A DNA stretch of 64,000 nt from Ptychomitrium polyphyllum (Eukaryota), in NCBI GenBank assembly GCA_973851085.1, contig OZ316776.1, forward strand, positions 310,001 through 374,000. The letters run 5' to 3'. Positions 27,500-40,713 of this stretch are shown piece after piece (positions within the stretch are counted from its first letter, which is position 1; each line of letters starts with the position of its first letter). Under the pieces are notes generated by a model. It saw nothing but the letters and a program-made list of their open reading frames with translations. It ran no database searches and was not told the origin of the DNA. Made by a program: the position numbers and the translations under genes.

Positions 27500-30400
27500 C
27501 CTACCTCCACCTCAACCTGTACATCCAACTCTACATCCACATCCACCTCTACCTCTACATCCACCTCTGCATCCACATCCACCTCAACCTCTACATCCAA
27601 CTCTACCTCTACATCCACCTCTGCAACCACATCCACCTCTACCTCTACATCCACCTCTGCATCCACATCCACCTCTACCTCTACATCCAACTCTACATCC
27701 ACATCCACCTCTACCTCTACATCCACCTCTGCATCCACATCCACCTCTACCGCTACATCCACCTCTGCATCCACATCCACCTCTACCGCTACACCCACCT
27801 CTGCATCCACATCCACCTCAACCGCTACATCCAACTCCACCTCTACCTCTACATCCACCTCTGCATCCACATCCACCTCTACCTCTACATCCACCTCTGC
27901 ATCCACATCCACCTCTACCTCTACATCCACCTCTGCATCCACATCCACCTCTACCTCTACATCCACCTCTGCATCCACATCCACCTCTACCTCTACATCC
28001 ACCTCTGCAACCACATCCACCTCTACCTCTACATCCACCTCTGCATCCACATCCACCTCTACCTCTACATCCACCTCTGCATCCACATCCACCTCAACCT
28101 CTACATCCAACTCTGCATCCACATCCACCTCTACCTCTACATCCACCTCTGCATCCACATCCACCTCTACCTCTACATCCACCTCTGCATCCACATCCAC
28201 CTCTACCTCTACATCCACCTCTGCATCCACATCCACCTCAACCTCTACATCCAACTCTCCATCCACATCCACCTCTACCTCTACATCCACCTCTGCATCC
28301 ACATCCACCTCTACCTCTACATCCACCTCTGCATCCACATCCACCTCTACCTCTACATCCACCTCTGCATCCACATCCACCTCAACCTCTACATCCAACT
28401 CTCCATCCACATCCACCTCTACCTCTACATCCACCTCTGCATCCACATCCACCTCTACCTCTACATCCACCTCTCCATCCACATCCACCTCTACCTCTAC
28501 ATCCACCTCTGCATCCACATCCACCTCTACCTCTACACCCACCTCTGCATCCACATCCACCTCAACCTCTACATCCAACTCTACATCCACATCCACCTCT
28601 ACCTCTACATCCACCTCTGCATCCACATCCACCTCTACCTCTACATCCACCTCTGCATCCACATCCACCTCAACCTCTACATCCAACTCTCCATCCACAT
28701 CCACCTCTACCTCTACATCCACCTCTGCATCCACATCCACCTCTACCTCTACATCCACCTCTGCATCCACATCCACCTCTACCTCTACATCCACCTCTGC
28801 ATCCACATCCACCTCAACCTCTACATCCAACTCTCCATCCACATCCACCTCTACCTCTACATCCACCTCTGCATCCACATCCACCTCTACCTCTACATCC
28901 ACCTCTGCATCCACATCCACCTCTACCTCTACATCCACCTCTGCATCCACATCCACCTCTACCCCTACATCCACCTCTGCATCCACATCCACCTCTACCT
29001 CTACATCCACCTCTGCATCCACATCCACCTCTACCCCTACATCCACCTCTGCATCCACATCCACCTCTACCCCTACATCCACCTCTGCATCCACATCCAC
29101 CTCTACCTCTACATCCACCTCTGCATCCACATCCACCTCTACCTCTACATCCACCTCTCCATCCACATCCACCTCTACCTCTACATCCACCTCTGCATCC
29201 ACATCCACCTCTACCTCTACATCCACCTCTGCATCCACATCCACCTCTACCTCTACACCCACCTCTGCATCCACATCCACCTCAACCTCTACATCCAACT
29301 CTCCATCCACATCCACCTCTACCTCTACATCCAACTCTCCATCCACATCCACCTCTACCTCTACATCCACCTCTGCATCCACATCCACCTCTACCTCTAC
29401 ATCCACCTCTGCATCCACATCCACCTCAACCTCTACATCCAACTCTCCATCCACATCCACCTCTACCTCTACATCCACCTCTGCAACCACATCCACCTCT
29501 ACCTCTACATCCACCTCTGCATCCACATCCACCTCTACCTCTACATCCACCTCTGCATCCACATCCACCTCTACCTCTACACCCACCTCTGCATCCACAT
29601 CCACCTCAACCTCTACATCCAACTCTACATCCACATCCACCTCTACCTCTACATCCACCTCTGCATCCACATCCACCTCTACCTCTACATCCAACTCTAC
29701 ATCCACATCCACCTCTACCTCTACATCCACCTCTGCATCCACATCCACCTCTACCTCTACATCCACCTCTGCATCCACATCCACCTCTACCTCTACATCC
29801 ACCTCTGCATCCACATCCACCTCTACCCCTACATCCACCTCTGCATCCACATCCACCTCTACCTCTACATCCACCTCTGCATCCACATCCACCTCTACCC
29901 CTACATCCACCTCTGCATCCACATCCACCTCTACCCCTACATCCACCTCTGCATCCACATCCACCTCTACCTCTACATCCACCTCTGCATCCACATCCAC
30001 CTCTACCTCTACATCCACCTCTCCATCCACATCCACCTCTACCTCTACATCCACCTCTGCATCCACATCCACCTCTACCTCTACATCCACCTCTGCATCC
30101 ACATCCACCTCTACCTCTACACCCACCTCTGCATCCACATCCACCTCAACCTCTACATCCAACTCTCCATCCACATCCACCTCTACCTCTACATCCACCT
30201 CTGCATCCACATCCACCTCTACCTCTACATCCACCTCTGCATCCACATCCACCTCTACCTCTACATCCACCTCTGCATCCACATCCACCTCTACCTCTAC
30301 ATCCACCTCTGCATCCACATCCACCTCTACCTCTACATCCACCTCTGCATCCACATCCACCTCTACCTCTACATCCACCTCTGCAACCACATCCACCTCT

Positions 30401-33082
30401 ACCTCTACATCCACCTCTGCATCCACATCCACCTCTACCTCTACATCCACCTCTGCATCCACATCCACCTCAACCTCTACATCCAACTCTGCATCCACAT
30501 CCACCTCTACCTCTACATCCACCTCTGCATCCACATCCACCTCTACCTCTACATCCACCTCTGCATCCACATCCACCTCTACCTCTACACCCACCTCTGC
30601 ATCCACATCCACCTCAACCTCTACATCCAACTCTCCATCCACATCCACCTCTACCTCTACATCCACCTCTGCATCCACATCCACCTCTACCTCTACATCC
30701 ACCTCTGCATCCACATCCACCTCTACCTCTACACCCACCTCTGCATCCACATCCACCTCAACCTCTACATCCAACTCTCCATCCACATCCACCTCTACCT
30801 CTACATCCACCTCTGCATCCACATCCACCTCTACCTCTACATCCAACTCTGCATCCACATCCACCTCTACCTCTACATCCACCTCTGCATCCACATCCAC
30901 CTCTACCTCTACATCCACCTCTGCATCCACATCCACCTCTACCTCTACATCCACCTCTGCATCTACATCCACCTCTACCCCTACATCCACCTCTGCATCC
31001 ACATCCACCTCTACCTCTACATCCACCTCTGCATCCACATCCACCTCTACCCCTACATCCACCTCTGCATCCACATCCACCTCTACCCCTACATCCACCT
31101 CTGCATCCACATCCACCTCTACCTCTACATCCACCTCTGCATCCACATCCACCTCTACCTCTACATCCACCTCTCCATCCACATCCACCTCTACCTCTAC
31201 ATCCACCTCTGCATCCACATCCACTTCTACCTCTACCTCCACCTCTGCATCCACATCCACCTCTACCTCTACACCCACCTCTGCATCCACATCCACCTCA
31301 ACCTCTACATCCAACTCTCCATCCACATCCACCTCTACCTCTACATCCAACTCTCCATCCACATCCACCTCTACCTCTACATCCACCTCTGCATCCACAT
31401 CCACCTCTACCTCTACATCCACCTCTGCATCCACATCCACCTCAACCTCTACATCCAACTCTCCATCCACATCCACCTCTACCTCTACATCCACCTCTGC
31501 AACCACATCCACCTCTACCTCTACATCCACCTCTGCATCCACATCCACCTCTACCTCTACATCCACCTCTGCATCCACATCCACCTCTACCTCTACACCC
31601 ACCTCTGCATCCACATCCACCTCAACCTCTACATCCAACTCTACATCCACATCCACCTCTACCTCTACATCCACCTCTGCATCCACATCCACCTCTACCT
31701 CTACATCCAACTCTACATCCACATCCACCTCTACCTCTACATCCACCTCTGCATCCACATCCACCTCTACCTCTACATCCACCTCTGCATCCACATCCAC
31801 CTCTACCTCTACATCCACCTCTGCATCCACATCCACCTCTACCCCTACATCCACCTCTGCATCCACATCCACCTCTACCTCTACATCCACCTCTGCATCC
31901 ACATCCACCTCTACCCCTACATCCACCTCTGCATCCACATCCACCTCTACCCCTACATCCACCTCTGCATCCACATCCACCTCTACCTCTACATCCACCT
32001 CTGCATCCACATCCACCTCTACCTCTACATCCACCTCTGCATCCACATCCACCTCTACCTCTACATCCACCTCTGCATCCACATCCACCTCTACCTCTAC
32101 ATCCACCTCTGCATCCACATCCACCTCAACCTCTACATCCAACTCTCCATCCACATCCACCTCTACCTCTACATCCACCTCTCCATCCACATCCACCTCT
32201 ACCTCTACATCCACCTCTGCATCCACATCCACCTCTACCTCTACACCCACCTCTGCATCCACATCCACCTCAACCTCTACATCCAACTCTCCATCCACAT
32301 CCACCTCTACCTCTACATCCACCTCTGCATCCACATCCACCTCTACCTCTACATCCACCTCTGCATCCACATCCACCTCTACCTCTACACCCACCTCTGC
32401 ATCCACATCCACCTCAACCTCTACATCCAACTCTACATCCACATCCACCTCTACCTCTACATCCACCTCTGCATCCACATCCACCTCTACCTCTACATCC
32501 ACCTCTGCATCCACATCCACCTCTACCTCTACATCCACCTCTGCATCCACATCCACCTCTACCTCTACATCCACCTCTGCATCCACATCCACCTCTACCT
32601 CTACACCCACCTCTGCATCCACATCCACCTCAACCTCTACATCCAACTCTACATCCACATCCACCTCTACCTCTACATCCACCTCTGCATCCACATCCAC
32701 CTCTACCTCTACATCCACCTCTGCATCCACATCCACCTCTACCTCTACACCCACCTCTGCATCCACATCCACCTCAACCTCTACATCCAACTCTACATCC
32801 ACATCCACCTCTACCTCTACATCCACCTCTGCATCCACATCCACCTCTACCTCTACATCCACCTCTGCATCCACATCCACCTCTACCTCTACATCCACCT
32901 CTGCATCCACATCCACCTCTACCTCTACATCCAACTCTACATCCACATCCACGTCTACCTCTACATCCACCTCTGCATCCACATCCACCTCTACCTCTAC
33001 ATCCACCTCTGCATCCACATCCACCTCTACCTCTACATCCACCTCTACATCCACCTCTACATCCACCTCTACATCCAACTCT
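27500..33082. repeat. ~5.6-kb minisatellite array, ~155 copies of a 36-bp unit ATCCAC-ATCCAC-CTCTAC-CTCTAC-ATCCAC-CTCTGC
   Basis: The pattern repeats every 180 nt (5 units), is built from hexamers and has extreme strand skew (almost no G on +). It accounts for the 1985-aa VEVD and 1909-aa HPPL ORFs. Confidence 0.98.
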
Positions 33083-35320
33083 GTAGCCTTCGGATTTTCC
33101 AGCTTTTGGGTTGAGAATGTCCTCCTTTGAGATTGAAGTTGGTTCTTGCTTCAAGTAGGAGTGCATTTTACAAAACAAAATTATAAAATGTTCCATTCAC
33201 CATTAATAGAAAATCTGAAATTGCTCAGGGCCAAGTTTACACTCATGTAGAGTATGGATGTTCAAAGTTGTTTTTAATATTCTTCAGTGAGTCACTAGGT
33301 TATGTCCAATGTACTTTGGAAAATAACATAAATTAGAATATGGATCAATTTGTAAATCTCCAATACTATCTGATATTCATTTGAGTGGTACAACTCATTC
33401 AAAGAGATTTTTTGATTACCAAGAATTCCATATTTCATCCTCCTTTTTATTCTTGCAAAATTAATTCCTGTAGTATCTTAATAACAATTCATTTTATAAC
33501 TCATTTCTTTTTTGCTCTAGTTTGCAATAAAATAAGAAAAATACAGATTATTTTATTTTAAATTTTCTTTTCCAATTTTGTCCATTTCAAGATTTCATAC
33601 AAAAAATCCTTTATATTAACTTTAAAAAAAAATGATCCTAATTAATATTATGTATTTTAATAAGTAATCTCATATCTCTTAAATAATAAAAGATATTTTA
33701 ACCTTATATGAATCAAGTCAGAAAATTGAGGTTTGAATTCAGTTTTGTATGTTAAAAGATAGAATGACCTTTATTTTTAAATGTTCACTAAATTTATAGT
33801 CCTTTTTTAATTAAAACATTGAATTTGAAAAATTTTAATTGAAAGTTCCATTTTATTTCAATCAAAGTCAATAAATTTAAAATCTTTACTACAAATTTCG
33901 CCATGCTTATGGTACATAAGATGTGTTCTATAAAATACTAAGTTTTGATTTTTAAAATTAAATATTTCATTCATTGTCAAAATAAACTTCAAAATTCTAT
34001 GATATTTACTCAGTTCAAACATATATAGACCAAATTTGACAATTTTTTTATTCCATATTTGAAATGCATTACATTATGTCTTATCCTTACTTCTAATATT
34101 CTAAATTACTATATTATTATACAAGTTTTTCACATGTTAATGGGTTTAACTCCGGTACAATCTCATACTACTAAACAGTGCATGTATATTTTTATAAAGA
34201 AGTGGTATTGTATGCAAGATCATGCATTCCTTTGACCGTTTGAATAAATGGGAAATTCTTGAAGGCAAGGAAGGAGGTCAAGGGCACTTTTACTCATGAG
34301 ACCTTTCTTCCTTCTCCCTCCTTTCCCCTGAGCGATTTGCTTTCATGAGTGGATCAGGGTGCTCTCAAAACTCCCTGAGCTCATTCCATTCTCCAGTAGT
34401 ATGTTGTGTCTGGAACTTGACCACTTTCATATCCACAGCCCCTCAGTTTTGTTCGTGGAAGGTTTCAGAATCTATGAATAAAGTACCAACTCTTTTGATT
34501 GGAGATGTGAGGAATGGATTGTAAGGTGGACCATTACAGGGAGTGCACTTGAAGAGGTTTTGACTCTGGCAGTGGCAGTGGAGAAAGTAGGTTTGTGATG
34601 ATGGAGTCGGTCACTTCAAAGTGCATGTGTTCTCAGCTTTTGTGGGAGTGGGATTGAGTTGCTGGCTTTATAGTCTCGTATGGAAATTCTGCCGAACGAT
34701 ACAGTTTTTTCCAATTGTGTTAGTGGCGGTTTGTAATCAAACGTTTGGGTGTTGACATGACAGGACCTGAATCACACGACTCCAAGTTGCACGACATATT
34801 CCGTCAATCATCTTCTTTCTGATCTACGTTAGTGGTTTCATGATCTAGACCTTAGAGCCTTCAACCATGTAACGTTACTCTAGAGACCATGATTGCTGGA
34901 AAATGCATATATAATGGAGCATTAGCATCTGCGTATTCTGAGTGAAGATGTTGTCAATTCTTTGAAACTCTGCAATAATTGCCCTACGCAAATGTCCGCA
35001 ATTTACAAGCCCTCTGTGATTGTCTCAATAAGAAGACCTGATAACAACAATAAGCAATTTGTGTTTGCAAATTCAGCACACTACCACATACGTGGTGAAT
35101 TTGCTAACACTAGCATATGACAATCTGTTACTTATTTGATGGTTCATAAAACCAGGAAAAAAACACGTGCAAATCGGCAATTTTCCAACACAAAGGCTTT
35201 AAAAGGCGACCAAGGTTTAGGAGGAAGACCGTCATTTTTGTGAAATCATTTGAATTCAACCAAAGTTACAGTGCACGTCCATCGATGCTGCATAAAATGA
35301 ATCTACAGTAAGTCAGAAAT

Positions 35321-37847
35321 TCAGAATGGTCTGCGTAATTCGGCATACACAGAGCAACTGCGACCTTGAATAGATGTGCGCAGCAGAAGAAACTTGTCAG
35401 GGGCAACTTCACGCTTCCGTTCCACTCCTACCAAGTATGCCTTCCCTGAGACCTTCCTGTGTCATGCACACACAACACCACGGATACTGTTGAGACCAAT
35501 TAAATTGGCCTAGACCCTACACCTGGATTGCTCTCTCCACTCGATCACATGCACATATCGCAAGCTGATAAATTCAAATGGTTTCCGAACCTGAAGGTCC
35601 ATCCCCAGCAGTTTTCCTGGCTGGTATGTGAAGTGGTCACTGTGAATTGCGTAGCGCCATGCAGGTTACTTATCAGTTCCACGGCAACGTCTCTCGTGCC
35701 TTGAGCCAAATGCTTCAACTCCACACTGCGAAAAACGAAAGAAAACAAAACTTTCCTGTAAAGATACTGCCACTTCAGCCATTCAGCTCTTACGTAGTTT
35801 GAAGTTTAGATTCAAAGTAGGTCAAATAAAGTGTTGTTAGACTTGGCGTCCGCATATATACATACCTTACTTGGTTGTTGTGATGAAGGCTTTTTGTGAA
35901 AGCTGTCCTGATAGTGTTTCGTTCACTAATTCGCTGCTGAGCCTCCAAGCAGAACTCGTGACTTTGTTGAAAGTCGGTAGTGAAACTGTCTTGCAAGCAT
36001 ACAAATACATGCAATTAATCAATATTGTTCGAGGGGGAACATGAACTTTAGAGTTCTCTACTCTCCTAGCTACTTAATCAGTGCAAAGAGATAGGATCTC
36101 ACCTATTCGAAACGTTTGCAAAGCCCCAAAGCGGCAAGGCAGCTTTTAGTCGAACTAAATGTTGCCCCCTGCGTGATTGACATGGGTGATAATTAAAACC
36201 ATTATCTAGATATCCAAGAACAACATTATATCCAAGTTGCAAATGAGGTGATTCTAGACTTCACAGTTGCTATAAACTCAACGATTCTCATAAAAAGGTG
36301 AGATCATTAGGTCGGCTACCTTAAATTAGTAAGGTAAGTGTTACTAAATGCGATACTGTCATTTCTAAAATTCTTGAATTGTAATCGCAATGATCTTTCT
36401 GGAGTTCGCAAATTGGCAAGAAAGGTTCCCGAAATCTGGTACAAAAGCCCACTGCCAACTGAGACACTTGCATTTGCAATATCCGACTGCTGAACATTGG
36501 ATCAAATCCCAGAGAGATGGTAGATGCATCACAGAATTGGCCGACAGAATAGCAAGAACATATTTTTTCCTCTCGAAACATTCTCAATAGCATCACAGTA
36601 TGCTCCTGGTCTCCAAATCACACCTCACCTTCTTAGTCTCTTTCTCTTGCTCCAACTCCACTTCAAGTGTAGGATCTCCTATGGACGCTAAATGAAAACT
36701 GGCACACAATGAACCTGTAGACATTTACTAGAACGACAAAAAATAAAGAGAAAGGGAAACTCTAAGCATGTGTGTATCAGCAACGCCAAATAGTACATGT
36801 AATAGAAGTCTAAAGTTTTCAGCGTCAACTCAAAATATCAGTAATGAGGATCGTTAGTGATACACACCGTGTTGATAGGCTGGAGGCAGGGAGTATGGAA
36901 TGAAATGTATTGCACGTGAAATCTTCATCTATTAGCGAATGACAGAATCAGGTAAAAAGGGGCATATAGCACAAGGCATTCTGTAAGTTTCCTTCTCAAT
37001 AAGGCCTAGGACTACCATTTTCACGTGCGACAAGGAAAGCTAATTCAAAGTTCAAATTACAAATACCTCCTTTGAGATTGTTGACATATTGCATGGTCAA
37101 CATGTTGTTGACCTCCAATTTATGAGAGGTTGAGATCAGGATTGACTTATCCTCTCCTAATCTCCCTTGCTCAAAACAAGTTGAAACTGCAATCAACAAG
37201 GTATAGTCCCGAGATCAGCTGAAAATGACTTCACTAGTCAAGGTCGTGTCATACACCAATCGAGAGATGAGAAGACCCTTGTAGTAAATGAAAATTATAT
37301 ACTCAATTTTATTTGGATCAAAATCCAAGAGAATACAGGCACTCAAGCCTTGAAAGGGCAATTCTAATGAACATGGAGAGGAATCCTAAATGGACTAACC
37401 GGAGTGTTTCATGTCAATCGACACATTCTCTTCCAGTTTCCTCCCTTGCTCTAGCTCGAAATAGACGAAGTCAGTGAGCCGCTGCACAAAAGGTTTTAAC
37501 GTTAACATTCAAGAAATAGAAGAACTGCCAGAGAGAAAGTGCAACAACACCACAATAACCTCGATAGTTTCAGCAGTTTACTTCACAACAACAACCGCGG
37601 CAGAAGCTCAAAAAGTAGTGCAATTACTAAAATACACACGAACAAAAGAGGACAATGACCTCACGTTGACAACATAAAGTACGCCCGTGAGTGAGGACCA
37701 CGCATGCCTTCGTCGTTTCCGCCACTCATCCCAGAACGCGGAGTCCACCCTCCCCGATGTCGAAGCTGAAACACCTGACTGAACAGCTTCATCGTTCAGC
37801 GTAGCCTCAGCGAGTGCGAAGCTCGCTCCTCTCACTTGGTGAGGCAT
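35321..37847 (-). CDS. 8-exon gene of unknown function (~325 aa), possibly disabled by one non-canonical acceptor
   Basis: Exons 37847-37665, 37481-37400, 36714-36629, 36489-36320, 36168-36103, 35990-35871, 35725-35591 and 35456-35321 join into one open frame (978 nt; MPHQVRG...LAQGTRDVAVEL...YAELRRPF*). All donors are GT. All acceptors are CAG except CAA at 35993-35991. Confidence 0.65.
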
Positions 37848-38806
37848 CTGCAGAGCAGACAACAAAACAATGAATCCAAAGCAGACCGCGTTTAGAAACG
37901 AACACCTCACAGCTCCCGAAAAGAAGATCTCCATTACGAAAAGATCAACGCCTACAATGTGTGCACCAACATTCAAAACGAGCGTCGCCGGCCCCAACAG
38001 TGTTACTGAAAAGATCTTCACCTCCGCGCGCAGAGCCGTGCAGTTTCGAGTAATCCTCCAAGCCCCCATCCCACAAGGCTGGGCTGAAAACCAAAACAAT
38101 CCTCTTGTGCAGCACTGAAAGTCGAATCCGCGCACTCAAACCTGCCCTAGACGGCGCCGGCACCCACTCGTCACCATCGCCGTCACCCCGGGTTCCAAAA
38201 CATCATGTGAACCGTCCCAAGGCAATCAATCACCTGCCGCAGGGAACACAACACAAGGCACCAGCAGAACAGAGCACGCACCCTGCGCATCCGTCCCCAC
38301 GCAACAGCACAATACTCTGCAGGCTGCGCTACTGCAGCCTGCTTGGCCGATACCCTGTATAGAAAAGAGTATTCTACTCCTTTGTGCCCGGTGACCTTTG
38401 AAGAACGAGTGTTTATAAAAGAACTCACCACAATTCTTCACATTTTAGTGGAACACTTTCACTTTTTAATATAGTGGTTTGTTTTATTATTAGTCAGAAT
38501 TGTATTTTGCCCATCATAGGAATCATTATAGGAATCATTTAGACATGTAAGAAATCCCACAACATATCATCATGTGCATTTACTGTATACAATAATTCCC
38601 TTCTATGACAAAAATAAATACTTATATTATATTTTGTCTACATATATGTGTTTGAAAATATTACCATAACATAATTCCATTACAGTAAAATTTATAATTT
38701 TATTATGATCTTGTGTATGTTTATATTGTTTTTATACACAGATTAAATGTACTTTTATACACTCACTCAAGTGATTGTGGCATGCAAAGTGATTATGGCT
38801 TAAATA

Positions 38807-39047
38807 TATGATGTTTAGAACAATACATGGTCAGAATATATGTGTAATGTTGAATGTGCTTAAATTTATGATTTTAAGAACAACATGGTCAAAATATATG
38901 TGTAATGTTGAATGAGCTTAGATACATGGGTATTGTTTAAGAGCTTAAAGTTTGAACTTGCTTGATATAGTATTGGCCAAACGTGTGGTAGGAGTGGTCA
39001 TTCAACATTACACATATTTTAAGACACTTAATGTTGAATGAGCTTAA
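38807..39047. repeat. Direct and inverted copies of ATATGTGTAATGTTGAATG (possible DNA-transposon remnant)
   Basis: Two ~60-bp direct copies at ~38807-38920, an inverted CATTCAACATTACACATAT at ~38999, and a further partial direct copy at ~39029. Confidence 0.6.
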
Positions 39048-40713
39048 TCTGTAGCCTTGAATGTTATTCTAAAAGCACTTTACTGTCGTAAACTTGTCTT
39101 TAAAAGTGTTTTAACTAACCATGATGTATAGCAATATATTGCTGAACACAACACCTGAGACCGCTCATAAGAAAATCAGCAAGTAGAGACGTATCTCATT
39201 ATATTCAGGATACCGTATTCGAGAGCAGAACAGCAACAAATTACTCGAAGTATCATGAAGCGTTGGGCATCCTTGCGGGATACAATTCTGCGTTTCAGAT
39301 TGGGCAGGGAGTTGAAGCCTGACCGAATCGACGGTCGGGTCCCGTGAACACCGTGTTCAACAAGCTTAGCCTCAGGAGTGCCAGTGATGGGTTGGGATGG
39401 CAAACACTTGAAATTGTGAACTTTAGCTGCTAAACACGTCAGGCGCTAGATCTGGTTGGTCGTAATCCTGGGATTCCGTTAGGATTCAGGAGCGCTTTGT
39501 TGGTAAGGTGTCACTTGAACACCGCGTCGCTTCGTCACTTCCACAGGCTGCAGCGCTCCCATCTGAACCGGAGAAAACCCTGCGGGTGGAATGTGCGAGG
39601 GAGTCGGTGCACTGCCACGATATTCTCTACGCGGGTCATACTGCACGTTAATTACGACAATACAAAATTTTTAAGCATATAATCCTGTTTTTAGAAATCA
39701 ACAAATCACTAGAATCATAGAAGGCATCAGTCGTGGAATTAAGCCGGAAAGCTTTATTGAGTTGTGCAGATATCACCGATCCTCAGCGTGGCTCTCATCT
39801 TAAGATGCTTATTTGCCGAAGGCCTTCTCTGATTGACTCACTTAGATTATGATTCCTATTGACATGCTTGCTTCAAAGTGCAGGTCTTCACAATGCCATT
39901 TCCCTGTAAAAGCAGATGGATGACCAACAATACTGTCTAAGAAACGGCTTGAATATAGTTGATGTGTGATCTCGGTTTCACAAAATGTGACTTAATAGAT
40001 GTGATTTGCTTGACGGCAGGGAAGATGTACGAAAAAGGCAATAGGTCAACTGAGTCAATATAAATTATGAACCGAAGACAACGCGTGGTAAAGGAACCTT
40101 TATTACTAAACTGTTCAAATGATTAGCATCAAAATACACTTATATCTATAAAGGTTTTCTTAGGAAGATTTTCTTCGTTTCGAGTAATCGCAAAGCATAA
40201 GAATAGTCAGAGGATACATCATGAAACATCTGTGCATATTACGTGATGTATCAGGCCAGAAAAACGTACCTCCTATCAAAGTATGAAGCTAAGATTTATG
40301 CTGAATCTGATCCCATTTAAATGGTACATGGTTCGAGTTAAGGATTCCGATGTCCAAGTCTCTTTTCGACCCCAAGGGATCCTTTAGTGCTTTTTCATGC
40401 ATCAAATCTGAAATTTTGACACAGTGCAGCCAGGAGTCATTGAAGAAGCCACTGGCAGTTTGTATGATCGTCTAGTTAAAATAGAGCAATTTACAGCAAG
40501 TTAGTGAAAGCCAAGTCCTCAATATGCAGTTCCGGATTTTAAATTTTAAGATCTATTTAAACAAGGATCGAAGGGAGTTGCTTGACAACGATGTAAGCAT
40601 CTGATGGCGAAATATCAAGCTGCAGACGCTCCAGAACAAATTAGCATTATTGACAGTGATCAGACATACCGAAGCAATTATCAGGGAATTGTGCAGGTGC
40701 TACGCGGTCCACA

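Noticed and set aside
27500..33082. CRISPR array (36-bp repeat length)
   Set aside because: Units are contiguous with no unique spacers, there are no cas genes, and the context is eukaryotic.
27121..33086. 1985-aa (VEVD)n and 1909-aa (HPPL)n ORFs as genes
   Set aside because: Neither starts with ATG (TTG and GTG); both are open simply because the 36-bp unit lacks stops in those frames.
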